DNA of 64,000 nucleotides from assembly GCA_905187695.1 (NCBI GenBank), contig CAJJIY010000001.1, positions 74,035 to 138,034 on the forward strand, given 5' to 3'. Each line of letters begins with the position of its first letter. Within the stretch, counting starts at the first letter, position 1. Both the position numbers and the translations under genes were made by a program. Under the pieces are notes generated by a model. That model was given only the letters and a program-made list of their open reading frames with translations, was not told where the DNA came from and did no database searches. Positions 28,061 to 38,308 of this stretch are shown piece by piece. Origin of the DNA: an uncultured Eubacteriales bacterium (GTDB lineage Bacteria; Bacillota; Clostridia; Oscillospirales; CAG-272).

Positions 28061-28678
28061 ATGTTTCATTATATCAGCGGTCAGCTGACGGTGCTAAAAC
28101 CGAATTTTGCTGTGATTGAAGCGGGCGGCGTGGGCTACAAACTCACCGTCAGCGGGCAGACGCACACCACGCTGACCGGCGTGGCGAAAGATGAGCCGGT
28201 GCGACTTTACACCTATCTTGCCGTGCGGGAAGACGGAATCGAACTTTTCGGCTTTCACAGCGAGGCCGAACTGGATATGTTTTCTTTACTGATTACCGTC
28301 CAGGGGGTCGGACCGCGCGCGGCGCTTTCCCTTCTCAGCTCATTCACGCCGGACCGATTGATCCTGGCTGTTTGTACGGACGACCGGAAGTCAATTTCCA
28401 AGGCCAACGGCATCGGACCGAAAACCGCCACACGCATCATTCTGGAACTGCACGACAAATTGGCAAACGGCGCTTTTGATGCGCCGGAGATCGGAACTTT
28501 CCCTGTTCCGGCCGCACTCTCATCAGAAGCCGGCGGAAAACTGAAGGAAGCCGAAGAAGCGCTTACGGTGCTGGGTTATTCAAGACCGGAGATTGCCAAA
28601 GCGTTTTCCGGACTGGATACATCCGCCATCGGCACGGAAGATATCATCCGCGCCGCACTCAAAAAACTGATGAAATAA
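28061..28678 (+). CDS. ruvA: Holliday junction branch migration complex subunit RuvA
   Basis: 205 aa. OB-fold N-terminus, HhH motifs (VQGVGPRAAL, GIGPKTATRI) and C-terminal domain III. Confidence 0.92.
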   Translation: MFHYISGQLTVLKPNFAVIEAGGVGYKLTVSGQTHTTLTGVAKDEPVRLYTYLAVREDGIELFGFHSEAELDMFSLLITVQGVGPRAALSLLSSFTPDRLILAVCTDDRKSISKANGIGPKTATRIILELHDKLANGAFDAPEIGTFPVPAALSSEAGGKLKEAEEALTVLGYSRPEIAKAFSGLDTSAIGTEDIIRAALKKLMK

Positions 28679-28690
28679 GGAGGGAGCGCC

Positions 28691-29788
28691 ATGGATTTTA
28701 AAAATGATATGGAGGAAGAACTGGATCTGGAAGATCGGATCCTTTCCGCCTCTCCGATCAAAGAAGACCACGACAGCGACAATTCCCTGCGTCCGAAATT
28801 TCTAAGCGACTATATCGGCCAGGAAAAAGCCAAGGGAAACCTGAAAGTTTTTATTGACGCCGCCAAAAAGCGCAATGATCCCCTGGATCATGTACTGCTT
28901 TACGGCCCTCCCGGACTGGGCAAAACCACGCTTTCCGGCATTATCGCCAATGAAATGGGCACCAATATCCGCGTCACCTCCGGTCCCGCCATTGAAAAAC
29001 CGGGAGATCTGGCCGCTCTACTAACCAATCTTGCGCCGGGCGACATTCTCTTCATTGATGAAATTCACCGTCTGCCGCGCACCGTGGAGGAGGTACTTTA
29101 TCCCGCCATGGAAGATTACGCGCTGGATATCATTATCGGTAAGGGCCCCTCCGCACGGAGCATCCGGATCGATCTGCCACATTTTACCCTGATCGGTGCC
29201 ACGACCCGCGCGGGTCAACTGAGTACGCCTTTGCGGGACCGTTTTGGGGTGGTGCTTAAACTGGAACTGTATACTCCGGAAGAACTGGCGCAAATCGTTA
29301 CCCGAAGCGCCGGAATTCTGGAGATTCCGATTTCCCCGGACGGTGCCGTTGAAATCGCTTCCCGTTCGCGCGGCACGCCGCGTATTGCCAACCGCTTTTT
29401 AAAGCGCGTGCGTGATTTTGCGCAGGTGCACGGAGATGGGGAGATTACCTCTGACATCGCCAACTTCGCGCTCGGAAAACTGGAAGTGGACGCACTGGGG
29501 CTGGACAACATCGACCGCCGGATGCTCAGCGCGATTATCAAATTTTACGACGGCGGTCCGGTGGGACTGGATACGCTGGCCGCAACCATCGGCGAAGAAG
29601 CCGTGACGCTGGAAGATGTTTACGAGCCCTATCTGATGCAGATCGGTTTCCTTTCCCGCACGCCGCGCGGCCGGTGCGCCACAAAACTGGCATACGACCA
29701 TTTGGGGCTTCCCTATCGGAATGTGACAAGGCAAGGCGAACAAATCAATTTCTTTGAAAACGATTCCGCGCCAAACAAAAACACCTGA
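28691..29788 (+). CDS. ruvB: Holliday junction branch migration DNA helicase RuvB
   Basis: 365 aa. Walker [10 protein letters not shown], Walker B IDEIHRL, winged-helix C-terminus. Confidence 0.95.
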   Translation: MDFKNDMEEELDLEDRILSASPIKEDHDSDNSLRPKFLSDYIGQEKAKGNLKVFIDAAKKRNDPLDHVLLYGPPGLGKTTLSGIIANEMGTNIRVTSGPAIEKPGDLAALLTNLAPGDILFIDEIHRLPRTVEEVLYPAMEDYALDIIIGKGPSARSIRIDLPHFTLIGATTRAGQLSTPLRDRFGVVLKLELYTPEELAQIVTRSAGILEIPISPDGAVEIASRSRGTPRIANRFLKRVRDFAQVHGDGEITSDIANFALGKLEVDALGLDNIDRRMLSAIIKFYDGGPVGLDTLAATIGEEAVTLEDVYEPYLMQIGFLSRTPRGRCATKLAYDHLGLPYRNVTRQGEQINFFENDSAPNKNT

Positions 29789-29825
29789 AAAGGCTGTCGC
29801 CGACCGGCGACAGCCTTTTCGTTTC
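29787..29825. terminator. bidirectional terminator between ruvB and the convergent M14 peptidase gene
   Basis: GAAAAGGCTGTCGCC-GACC-GGCGACAGCCTTTTC hairpin. Confidence 0.85.
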
Positions 29826-29841
29826 CGGAAATAACAGTTTA

Positions 29842-30741
29842 TTATGCAAAGAAAAAAGGAAAAGCAAACAGTGCCCGGCGCATTTTTTCATATATAAGCA
29901 GCCTGGTTTCGGCTGGTAGCGGATTTTCCCCGCGACCGCATTCCACAGTAAAAGAAGGCAGATCCAAGGCTTCAATACACCAATCTGTCAACCCGCCGAA
30001 CGCCGCCAGTCCGACCGGATTTTTTAATTCATATCCGGTCATCCGCTGTAAAATCCGACCGGCGGACAAACATTTGGCCGAGAGATGCTGACCGCAACTG
30101 GAATAAATTTCTTCTCCCTGTGTGTGCAGTGTCAAAACGCCCAAAAGATCGGATCTTTCGGCGCGTATCAACCGACAAAGCGCGGCACTCTCCGGTTCGG
30201 ATTCCGGATATTCACCGCTGTAACGGGTGGGGGCGCCGCAGGGGATGCCCTCTTTTTCTTCCATTGCTTTATATTTCCCAAACCCCGCGTCGTAATTATG
30301 ATTCAGATCCACGCCGCGCGCATTTGCCTGCCAGCGTGTAAAATCCCCACTGCCGCCATTCATGCCGGTTACGCGGGAAAGAAGCGGATTGTCCGCCCCC
30401 GGTCCGTTTACGGAATACTCCACGCCATCCGGGTTGAGCATGGGCACCAATAAAATTTCACGATGCGAAAAAAGAACCGGAACTTTTTGCTCGAAAACCG
30501 CACCGCCGCTTTTTTGCAAACGCAGGTATTCCGCGGCAAAATCCATAAGTACGGCGGCACTCACGCTTTCCGCGCCGTGGTGTGCTCCGACATAAAGCAC
30601 TTTCTTTTTCCCTTCTCCCATGCGAATGAGCGGAATTTTTCGCCCCAAAATGCTGGTTGTCAGCACTTCTGCGCGTACCGCGCCATTGCTCATGAGCATT
30701 TCCAGATCGTTTAAAAGCATTCCGTAATCATATCTTTTCAT
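29842..30741 (-). CDS. M14-family zinc carboxypeptidase (gamma-D-glutamyl-L-diamino acid endopeptidase-like)
   Basis: 299 aa. Zinc motif GAHHGAE (HxxE), downstream LHTQGE block and M14 fold order. Confidence 0.72.
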   Translation of the reverse strand: MKRYDYGMLLNDLEMLMSNGAVRAEVLTTSILGRKIPLIRMGEGKKKVLYVGAHHGAESVSAAVLMDFAAEYLRLQKSGGAVFEQKVPVLFSHREILLVPMLNPDGVEYSVNGPGADNPLLSRVTGMNGGSGDFTRWQANARGVDLNHNYDAGFGKYKAMEEKEGIPCGAPTRYSGEYPESEPESAALCRLIRAERSDLLGVLTLHTQGEEIYSSCGQHLSAKCLSAGRILQRMTGYELKNPVGLAAFGGLTDWCIEALDLPSFTVECGRGENPLPAETRLLIYEKMRRALFAFPFFFA

Positions 30742-30803
30742 CTTGGCCTACTCCTTCGTTTCTTACAGTTTATGTACGCCGGAAAGAAATGATGAAAAGG
30801 ATA

Positions 30804-30832
30804 TTGAATTAAAAAATAAAATGTGATATAAT
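30804..30832 (+). promoter_or_regulatory. sigma-A promoter for the membrane protein-MATE operon
   Basis: TTGAAT-17 nt-TATAAT with an extended -10 TGa. Confidence 0.75.
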
Positions 30833-30886
30833 GAGCCAAATGGTCGTTTGCCTGCCGCAAATTCTATGCCTGTTGATGAGGTTTTT

Positions 30887-31630
30887 ATGAGTTCAAAAAC
30901 ACTGACAAAACCTATTATTCTTTTTTTCTCCGTCTGCCTTCTTTATGCGGCAGTCCTTTTGCCGCTTTATCACATTTTTCTTTGCGACGCGGTGCTCTCT
31001 GCCACGCTTTGGTTGGATCTGTTGGATCTTTTGTGCCGCTGGTGCGAGATCGGGGAGGTCATGCTCTTTTTCGGAACGCTCATTTTCTTTCGGGCACATT
31101 ACAAAACGGCAGACTGTCAACCGGTCTTCTTTTTGGCCATCGGCGCTTTGCTTTTCAAATACGGCGTTTCCGTGCTCTCGCTCTCGTTGGTTTACGGCTC
31201 GCCGAAGAATGTCCGCGGATGGGGCTCCATGGCACTTTCTCTGGTGATTGAAATACTGGAATGCGCGTTGGTGTTCTTTCTTGCGCACAGCCTTATCGGG
31301 AAGGCGGAAAGAAAGAGAGACGCATTGCAACGGGCCAAAGCAACGCTCGGATTCGAGGATACTTCTTCCCCTTCCTTTTTGCCGCTTACAAGTCTCTTTG
31401 ATTTTAAAAACCCGGTTGCGGCCTGCGTCGGTTCCGGTGCGCTATTACCGCTGATTGTCGGTTCACTCTCGGAACTTCTCTCGCAGATTGCCTACTCGCT
31501 GGCCGGTGTTCCTTTCCGCCTTTCCGATTTGCCCAGCACACTCCTTTACTGGTTTTTGCTGGTTTTGTTGCCGTCCTTCCTTTCTTATGTCTTCACATTT
31601 CTCTGCTTTTCGAAGGTAAAAGAAAAATGA
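30887..31630 (+). CDS. uncharacterised polytopic membrane protein
   Basis: 247 aa from ATG 30887 (GAGG 5 nt upstream). About 6 hydrophobic segments and no recognisable family motif. ATGA overlap with the MATE gene. Confidence 0.5.
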   Translation: MSSKTLTKPIILFFSVCLLYAAVLLPLYHIFLCDAVLSATLWLDLLDLLCRWCEIGEVMLFFGTLIFFRAHYKTADCQPVFFLAIGALLFKYGVSVLSLSLVYGSPKNVRGWGSMALSLVIEILECALVFFLAHSLIGKAERKRDALQRAKATLGFEDTSSPSFLPLTSLFDFKNPVAACVGSGALLPLIVGSLSELLSQIAYSLAGVPFRLSDLPSTLLYWFLLVLLPSFLSYVFTFLCFSKVKEK

Positions 31631-32997
31631 ATGCCGATTCGCATGATCTCACAAAAGGCAGTCTGCCGCGCGGCATCCTCCTTTTCAGCCTGCCTCTGAT
31701 CTTGTCCAACCTTTTACAGGTTCTTTTCAATATGTCGGATGTGGCCGTGGTCGGCCGCTTTGCCGGTGAAATCCCGCTGGGAGCCGTGGGTTCCACCACG
31801 ATGTTGGTGGGGCTTTTTACAGGCTTTCTCATTGGTGTGGGATGCGGGGTCAATGTGCTGGTCGCCCGTTCGTTTGCGGGGGGTGATCGGGAAGAACTTC
31901 GAAGAACCGTCCATTCTTCTTTGCTGATTTCTCTCTTTGTCGGTTTTTTGCTGCTGCTGTTGGGGTTATTCTGCTCCAGACCGATGCTGTTGCTTCTGAA
32001 CACCAAAGAAGATCTCCTCCCCGGCGCAGTGCTTTATATGAAAATTTATTTTCTCGGGATGCCCGCCATGGCCGTGTATAATTTCGGTAACGCGGTCTTC
32101 AGCGCGGTCGGAGACACCAAGCGCCCGCTTTACTATCTGACGGCCGCCGGCTTGCTGAATCTGGGACTGAACCTTTTCTTTGTCATTGTTTGCAGGATGG
32201 ATGTGGACGGCGTGGCGCTGGCCAGCATCATTTCTCAATATCTTTCCTCTTTTCTCATTTTATTAGCGCTTTTCCGCACGCATGAGCCTTACGGCCTTTC
32301 CCTAAAGCATCTGCGTCTCTCCGGCGTATCCGCCAAGGCGATTCTGATACTCGGCCTGCCCGCCGGATTCCAAAACGCTATTTTCCAGATTGCCAACCTC
32401 TTTATTCAAAGCGGCGTAAATTCTTTTGACACTCTTGTCGTGGCCGGAAACTCGGCGGCCGCCAATGCCGATACCATCATTTACACCATCATGGCCGCCT
32501 TCTACACGGCCGCCTCCAGTTATATCGGGCAGAATTTTGCGGTCGGCGACCGGAATCGCGTCCGAAAAACTTATCTGATTGCAGACGGCTATGCGTTTGC
32601 GGCCGGCGCAGTGTGCGGCGCGTTGTTGCTCCTTTTCGGGCGGGAATTTCTCATGCTTTTCACCGACAAAGCGGAAGTGGCCGAGGCGGCTATGCCCCGA
32701 CTCCGCATCATGGCGTTTTCTTATGCGGTTTCGGCCTTTATGGATAACAGCATTGCCGCCTCCCGCGGGCTTGGTAAAGCTTTTGTTCCGACCATCATTG
32801 TCGTGATGGGTTCTTGCGTGTTTCGGATCGCCTGGATCTATACGGTGTTTGCGCATTTTCACACGCTGCTGTCTCTTTACCTGCTTTATATTTTCTCCTG
32901 GTCACTGACCGGAATTGCCGAGACGGTCTATTTCATACATTCTTATCGGAAACTGATGCCGAAAGACAAGAAAAGAAAAAAAGAGGATGTCAATTGA
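31627..32997 (+). CDS. MATE family efflux transporter
   Basis: 456 aa, 12 predicted TM segments. N-terminal LLFSLPLILSNLLQVLFNMSDVAVVGR, typical of MATE/NorM. Confidence 0.9.
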   Translation: MNADSHDLTKGSLPRGILLFSLPLILSNLLQVLFNMSDVAVVGRFAGEIPLGAVGSTTMLVGLFTGFLIGVGCGVNVLVARSFAGGDREELRRTVHSSLLISLFVGFLLLLLGLFCSRPMLLLLNTKEDLLPGAVLYMKIYFLGMPAMAVYNFGNAVFSAVGDTKRPLYYLTAAGLLNLGLNLFFVIVCRMDVDGVALASIISQYLSSFLILLALFRTHEPYGLSLKHLRLSGVSAKAILILGLPAGFQNAIFQIANLFIQSGVNSFDTLVVAGNSAAANADTIIYTIMAAFYTAASSYIGQNFAVGDRNRVRKTYLIADGYAFAAGAVCGALLLLFGREFLMLFTDKAEVAEAAMPRLRIMAFSYAVSAFMDNSIAASRGLGKAFVPTIIVVMGSCVFRIAWIYTVFAHFHTLLSLYLLYIFSWSLTGIAETVYFIHSYRKLMPKDKKRKKEDVN

Positions 32998-33011
32998 CAT
33001 CCTCTTTTTTT
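32976..33011. terminator. bidirectional terminator (perfect 36-bp palindrome) overlapping the MATE stop codon
   Basis: AAAAAAAGAGGATGTCAA|TTGACATCCTCTTTTTTT between convergent genes. Confidence 0.8.
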
Positions 33012-33015
33012 ATGC

Positions 33016-33423
33016 TCAAAGATATTTCTTGAGATTTTTGCTGGCTTCTTCCACAGGAAGCGAAGCCGTCATAAAGATATTGATTTCGCGGTCTGCCGTA
33101 AGCACAGCCAGTGCGTCGGCCAGTTTTTCCAGATCTTCCTCGCCGCCGCCGCAAATCTTCAATGTATTGTCAAGGAAAAGGTCGGTCACATCATAGTTGC
33201 TGGCAAGAATACCGGCAATGAATCCATAAAGTGCCTGCGCGTTGTGAATCTTATATTCATCGGTATCAATCAGACGGATCTTGGGCGCCAGGTCAAAGCG
33301 GAGCACAGTCCCCTTTTCCACGCAAACCACATCTCCGTGGCTCTCGCGGGATGCCGTGTTTGCCTTTTCAATCAAAGCCTTGGTCTTTCCGGTTCCTTTT
33401 ACGCCGATCATCAATTTCAGCAT
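33016..33423 (-). CDS. small stand-alone P-loop NTPase-like protein, function unknown
   Basis: 135 aa. Walker A-like GVKGTGKT at residues 7-14. Own promoter, RBS (GGAGG) and terminator. Confidence 0.55.
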   Translation of the reverse strand: MLKLMIGVKGTGKTKALIEKANTASRESHGDVVCVEKGTVLRFDLAPKIRLIDTDEYKIHNAQALYGFIAGILASNYDVTDLFLDNTLKICGGGEEDLEKLADALAVLTADREINIFMTASLPVEEASKNLKKYL

Positions 33424-33475
33424 GGCCTTTTACCTCCAAATTTATAAGCTGACGGACTCTTCTTGTCCTGATTTT

Positions 33476-33504
33476 ATTATACACGATTTTATCGCTGTTT
33501 GCAA
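33476..33504 (-). promoter_or_regulatory. sigma-A promoter of the small P-loop gene
   Basis: On the minus strand: TTGCAA-17 nt-TATAAT. Confidence 0.7.
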
Positions 33505-33533
33505 GAGCTTCTTTAAAACTTTCCCAAAAAACT

Positions 33534-33568
33534 GTAAAAAGGGATTGCCGCTTTATGCGGCAATCCCT
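33534..33568 (-). terminator. rho-independent terminator after pgi
   Basis: GGGATTGCCGC-TTTAT-GCGGCAATCCC followed, on the minus strand, by TTTTTACAGTTTTTT. Confidence 0.85.
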
Positions 33569-33573
33569 TGAAA

Positions 33574-34920
33574 TCACTTTTCAGCCGACAGGCGGGCAAG
33601 AAGCGCTTCTCTTTGCGCTTCATAGCCGGGTTTTCCAAGAAGAGCAAACATATTCTTTTTATACGCCTCCACACCGGGCTGATTGAAGGGATTCACCCCC
33701 AACAGATAGCCCGAAACGGCGCAGGCCTTTTCAAAGAAATAAATCATATAGCCAAGCGCGCGGGCACTGCGGTCCGAAAGCTCCAGCAAAATGTTCGGAA
33801 CGCCGCCGTCCACATGGGCAAAGAGCGTGCCTTGCGTGGCCATGCTGTTGACATAATTGAGGTCCTTTCCGGAAAGGAAGTTCAGCCCGTCAATGTTCTC
33901 CGGATCGTTGGGAATGGGCAGGTGCGTACCGGTTTCTTTCACCGTGACTACGGTCTCAAAGAGAGTCCGCATACCGTCCTGAATATACTGCCCCAGCGAA
34001 TGAAGATCGGTCGAGAAAATGACAGAAGAAGGATAAAGTCCTTTCTTGTCCTTGCCCTCGCTCTCACCGAAGAGTTGTTTCCACCATTCGCAGAACATCT
34101 GCATAAAGGGTTCGTAACCCACCAGAATCTCGGTGGTTTTCCCTTTGGCCAGAAGAATATTTCGGAGTGCCGCATAACGATAGCAATCGTTCTTTTTAAG
34201 ATCCGGATCGGCCAGTGCCACGCGCGCGTCATCCGCCCCGGCCATCAGCTCTTCAATGGAAATGCCCGCCACCGCAATGGGGAGAAGGCCCACGGCGCTG
34301 AGCACGGAAAACCGGCCGCCGACATCATCCGGCACAACAAAGGTCTCATAGCCGGCTTTATCGGCAAAATTCTTCAGCGTGCCCTTGGCACGGTCGGTCG
34401 TCACAAAGATCCGGTCTTTTGCGCCTTCTTTGCCGTATTTCTTTTCCAGCAGTTCACGGAAAATGCGGAAAGCAACCGCCGGCTCCGTGGTGGTGCCGGA
34501 CTTGGAAATGACATTAATGCAGACATCGCGCCCCTCGCAGATCTCAAGCAATTCACTCAGATTGGTCGCGCTGATGTTGCATCCAGAAAAGTAAATATCC
34601 GGCGTATCTTTTTTCAGATTATTATAAAGAGGCGACTTGAGGAATTCCACCACGGCGCGGGCTCCGAGATAAGAACCGCCAATTCCGATCACAATAAAAA
34701 CATCACAGGATTTCTGAATTTTCCGGGCGGCACGGCCGATCCGCGCAAATTCTTCTTTGTCATAATCCCGCGGGAGATTCATCCAGCCGAGAAAATCGCT
34801 GCCCTGTCCGCTTTTTTCACAAAGCATATTGTGCGCGGCGGTAACAAGAGGCTGCACATAATCGTATTCCTGCGCACCGACAAAAGGAGAAACATAAGAA
34901 TCCACAAGACGAAGAGACAT
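33574..34920 (-). CDS. pgi: glucose-6-phosphate isomerase
   Basis: 448 aa, short Firmicutes-type PGI with the [13 protein letters not shown] motif. Confidence 0.93.
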   Translation of the reverse strand: MSLRLVDSYVSPFVGAQEYDYVQPLVTAAHNMLCEKSGQGSDFLGWMNLPRDYDKEEFARIGRAARKIQKSCDVFIVIGIGGSYLGARAVVEFLKSPLYNNLKKDTPDIYFSGCNISATNLSELLEICEGRDVCINVISKSGTTTEPAVAFRIFRELLEKKYGKEGAKDRIFVTTDRAKGTLKNFADKAGYETFVVPDDVGGRFSVLSAVGLLPIAVAGISIEELMAGADDARVALADPDLKKNDCYRYAALRNILLAKGKTTEILVGYEPFMQMFCEWWKQLFGESEGKDKKGLYPSSVIFSTDLHSLGQYIQDGMRTLFETVVTVKETGTHLPIPNDPENIDGLNFLSGKDLNYVNSMATQGTLFAHVDGGVPNILLELSDRSARALGYMIYFFEKACAVSGYLLGVNPFNQPGVEAYKKNMFALLGKPGYEAQREALLARLSAEK

Positions 34921-34968
34921 TTTTTTGACCTGCTTTCTGCATTTTCACGCTAAAATTTTATTAACTTA

Positions 34969-34997
34969 ATTGTAGTCTATTTTAAGTAAAAATGCAA
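34969..34997 (-). promoter_or_regulatory. sigma-A promoter for pgi
   Basis: On the minus strand: TTGCAT-17 nt-TACAAT. Confidence 0.7.
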
Positions 34998-35036
34998 CGG
35001 GTTTTTGATATTTTTTTACAAATTTCCAAAAATATT

Positions 35037-36242
35037 TCATGAAAGCAGGAATTTTGCGAGAATTCGGAAGAAAAGTGTGCCGAAGCTGATTTTTTCCACT
35101 CCTTCACAGGCCCGGATAGGCGTCCTTCCGATCTCATTTCCGTCCAGTTTAAAGATCAGTTGCCCCACTTCATCCCCGGCCATGACCGGTGCCTCCAGAA
35201 ACTCGGGCAATTCTTTTACCACTTCCACGCGACCGGCCGAACCCTTTGGGACAACCGCCCCAAAAGCGGCGCTTTCCGTCTTTACCTCCGGAGATACGCC
35301 GCCCTTTACCGGAAGCACAAAGGATTCCCCCTCGTGACTGTATGCGCTGTAGCCGGCAAAGCCGCGATCGAGAAGAGAGGCCGCCGTTTGATTCCGGATA
35401 TCCCTGCTGTCGGCCGCCATGATGACGCAAATGAGCGAAAGGCCATCCCGTTTGGCAGTTGCGCTGATGCAGAATTTTGCCTTGGCAGTCGAACCGGTCT
35501 TGAGACCGGTGCAACCGGGATAAAATCGAACCAGACGGTTGGTATTGGTCAGCCCGAACGCGCCGTCCCGGATACTGTCCATCCAGATGCCGCTGTAAGT
35601 CAGAATGGTCGGATGTGAAAGAAGCGCCCGCGACATGATGGCAATATCTCTTGCCGATGTAACATGATTGACCGCCGTATCATCCAATCCGTTGGTGTTT
35701 TCAAAATGCGTGTTTTTCATGCCGAGTTCCGCCGCACGGCGATTCATCTCGTCCACAAAAGCCGATTCGCTTCCGGCCACAAATTCGGCCAGCGCCACGG
35801 CGCAATCATTGGCGGAAGAGATCACCACACACTTGATCATCTCCTCCACGCACATGCTTTCCCCTTCTTTCAGATAAACCTGGGAGCCGCCCATAGAGGC
35901 TGCGTGCGTGCTGACCGTCACAGGGTCGGACAATTGAATTTTCCCGCTGTCAACTGCCTCCATCACCAAAAGCAGCGTCATGATCTTTGTCACCGAAGCG
36001 GGCGGCAGCGGCGCGTCTGCATTCTGTTCAAAAAGTACCTGCCCGGTGGTCTCATCCATCAGAATGGCCGAAGCGCAGGGCAGCTTTTCACCGGAAGTAC
36101 TCTCGCTTTTTTTTGTCACATCCGTATCTTCCGCTGTTTTTTCGGCCGACACCGGGAAAGAAAACGCGAAAAAGAAGAGGGCGAGTGCGCAAAAAAACGA
36201 TACTGCGCGGATTCCCCATTGTTTTTTCATTTTCAAGAACAT
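35037..36242 (-). CDS. serine-type D-Ala-D-Ala carboxypeptidase (S11, PBP5/DacB/DacF-like)
   Basis: 401 aa. Signal peptide, SVTK (SxxK), SSAN (SxN) and KTGST (KTG) motifs, PBP5 C-terminal domain. Confidence 0.88.
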   Translation of the reverse strand: MFLKMKKQWGIRAVSFFCALALFFFAFSFPVSAEKTAEDTDVTKKSESTSGEKLPCASAILMDETTGQVLFEQNADAPLPPASVTKIMTLLLVMEAVDSGKIQLSDPVTVSTHAASMGGSQVYLKEGESMCVEEMIKCVVISSANDCAVALAEFVAGSESAFVDEMNRRAAELGMKNTHFENTNGLDDTAVNHVTSARDIAIMSRALLSHPTILTYSGIWMDSIRDGAFGLTNTNRLVRFYPGCTGLKTGSTAKAKFCISATAKRDGLSLICVIMAADSRDIRNQTAASLLDRGFAGYSAYSHEGESFVLPVKGGVSPEVKTESAAFGAVVPKGSAGRVEVVKELPEFLEAPVMAGDEVGQLIFKLDGNEIGRTPIRACEGVEKISFGTLFFRILAKFLLS

Positions 36243-36354
36243 AAAATCACCTCCGCCCTACCTTATGTATCAAAAAAGAAAAAAAGAACGCCGGGCGGCG
36301 CAGACCTTTTTGTTCTCAACAAAAAGCGCATATCGAAACCCGGCGCTCTTATTT

Positions 36355-37419
36355 TTATTCTTTTACCGAAAACGCATATTCGGTCGTATAGTCATACCGG
36401 TCGCCCGGACGGAGCACCGCATTGGTGAAATTTCCATGATTCACGCTGTCAGGCATATGCTGTGTTTCTAGGCAAATGGCATTCCGTTTTCCCTGCGGAT
36501 AACCGCCTTTGAAAGGATGTTCCTGATTGCAAAGGAAATTGGCCGTGTAACACTGTACGCAGGGCTGATTGGTCAGCACTTTCATTTCCCGGCCGCTTGC
36601 AGGATCAAAAAGCACCGCACGGCACAGGGGTTCTTTCGTTTCTCCGCCCACAAAGTTGAAGCAGTGGTCATAACCGCCGGCCAACCGGAGATCCTCATTT
36701 TCCGCCGCGATATCCCGGCCGACTGCCTTCGGCTCACGGAAATCAAAGGGCGTGCCCGCCACCGGGCGGATCTCGCCGGTCGGAATCAGCCCCGCATCGG
36801 TCGGCAGATATGTATCGGCGTCCAGCATAAGCACATGGTCATAGACCGGGCCGCTGGCAAAACCGCCCAGATTAAAATAGGTGTGATTGGTCAGGTTCAG
36901 CACCGTGGGGCGGTCGGTCGTCGCCACATAGTGAATGGAGAGGGCGTTCTCTTTTTTCAGCGTATAGGTCACGCAAAGCGAAAGCGTGCCGGGATAACCT
37001 TCTTCTCCGTCCGGCGAAACATACCGGAGTTCCAGCGCTGGCTCGTCTCCGTCTTTTTCGGTGACGGCGAAAATTTTGTGGCTGAAGCCCTCTTTTCCCC
37101 CGTGCAGATGATTTTTGCCGTCATTGAGGAAAAGCTCGTAACGCTGTCCGTCCAGCGTGAAACGACCGCCGGCAATCCGGTTGCCCCACCGACCGATGAG
37201 CGCGCCCTGATAGCCGTCTCCCTGCACATAATCCGTCAGATTATCATAACCGCCCACAATATCGGTCAGACGGCCGAGACGATCCGGTACCAGCAACTGC
37301 TGAACCGCCCCGCCAAAGTCAAGAATTGCCACACGGATATCGGCTTTTCCCTGCAAAAAATAACGGTGAACCGCGCGACCGTCCGGCAAAACGCCAAACA
37401 ACTGCTTAAGAATACTCAT
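36355..37419 (-). CDS. galM: aldose 1-epimerase (galactose mutarotase)
   Basis: 354 aa. Aldose_epim family blocks (NHLHGG, LTNHTYFNL, GGYDHCF). Confidence 0.88.
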   Translation of the reverse strand: MSILKQLFGVLPDGRAVHRYFLQGKADIRVAILDFGGAVQQLLVPDRLGRLTDIVGGYDNLTDYVQGDGYQGALIGRWGNRIAGGRFTLDGQRYELFLNDGKNHLHGGKEGFSHKIFAVTEKDGDEPALELRYVSPDGEEGYPGTLSLCVTYTLKKENALSIHYVATTDRPTVLNLTNHTYFNLGGFASGPVYDHVLMLDADTYLPTDAGLIPTGEIRPVAGTPFDFREPKAVGRDIAAENEDLRLAGGYDHCFNFVGGETKEPLCRAVLFDPASGREMKVLTNQPCVQCYTANFLCNQEHPFKGGYPQGKRNAICLETQHMPDSVNHGNFTNAVLRPGDRYDYTTEYAFSVKE

Positions 37420-37536
37420 TTTCTGTCCTCCACCGGAAAACCGGATGATATTTCCTTTTTATTATAACGAAAGCTTACAAAACTGTATAGTAGCTCCTTC
37501 AAGGTTTTAACAGATTCTTAACAAATAAAAATTCTA

Positions 37537-37565
37537 TTGACATTTTTCCCTGACTGTGATACAAT
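37537..37565 (+). promoter_or_regulatory. sigma-A promoter of the Crp-ABC transporter operon
   Basis: TTGACA-17 nt-TACAAT with an extended -10 TGa. Confidence 0.78.
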
Positions 37566-37578
37566 ATGATTGTCTCAA

Positions 37579-38295
37579 ATGATACAGATTGGAGGCTTGA
37601 CGGATTTGGACAAACCGGAAATACAAAAACAGATTGCCGCTCTTCCGCTCTTCCGGAATGTGGATCTTTCTTTTCTTTTTTCCCCGATGGAAAAAGAAAG
37701 CGGTCTTTTCCTGACGCTGCGTGACAAAGAGTCTTTACCTCAAAACGAAACGCCTGCTTTGGGCATACTTCTTTCCGGGCGAGCCGTTATCTGTTCTGCC
37801 GACACGGGGCGAACGGTCATTTTAAGAACCCTGTTGGCCGGCGATATCTTTGGCGTAGCCGGACTGTTTGCCAATACCGAGCAACCGCTCTCACGCACGG
37901 TTTCGGATGGAGAAAGCGCTTTTTATCTGATCCGGAAAAGTACCATCGAAAAACTGATGGACCAAAACCGGCCGTTCAGAGAAAATTTTCTGGCCTTTCT
38001 TTCCGACCGCGTTTCTTTTCTAAACCGGAAAATCCGCTGTTTCACAGCCGGAAACGCCGGTCGACGACTGGCACTTTTTCTCCTTTGCGAAGAACACGAT
38101 GTCATTCCTCTGCCGCTTTCCTACGCCGCTTTTGCCGATATGCTGGATATCAGCCGCGCTTCACTGTACCGCGCACTTGACGAGCTGACCGGCCTAAAGC
38201 TGATCAAAAAGTCCGGACATGAAATCACTCTGCTTGACCGGGCCGCGCTTCTTGCTTTCTGCGAGCACCCGACCCAAACAAAATTCACCGCCTGA
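37579..38295 (+). CDS. Crp/Fnr family transcriptional regulator
   Basis: cNMP-binding-like beta-barrel (GDIFGV) and C-terminal HTH (ISRASLYRALDEL). Start uncertain: ATG 37579 is nearly leaderless relative to the predicted promoter. The alternative is TTG 37606, 10 nt after GGAGG. Confidence 0.75.
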   Translation: MIQIGGLTDLDKPEIQKQIAALPLFRNVDLSFLFSPMEKESGLFLTLRDKESLPQNETPALGILLSGRAVICSADTGRTVILRTLLAGDIFGVAGLFANTEQPLSRTVSDGESAFYLIRKSTIEKLMDQNRPFRENFLAFLSDRVSFLNRKIRCFTAGNAGRRLALFLLCEEHDVIPLPLSYAAFADMLDISRASLYRALDELTGLKLIKKSGHEITLLDRAALLAFCEHPTQTKFTA

Positions 38296-38308
38296 AAGGA
38301 ATAAAAAC

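Noticed and set aside
38296-38308. Expected TPP (THI-box) or other riboswitch in front of the NMT1/THI5-like binding protein.
   Set aside because: Only 13 nt separate it from the upstream Crp-family gene, and no conserved riboswitch core is visible in 37420-37570 either.
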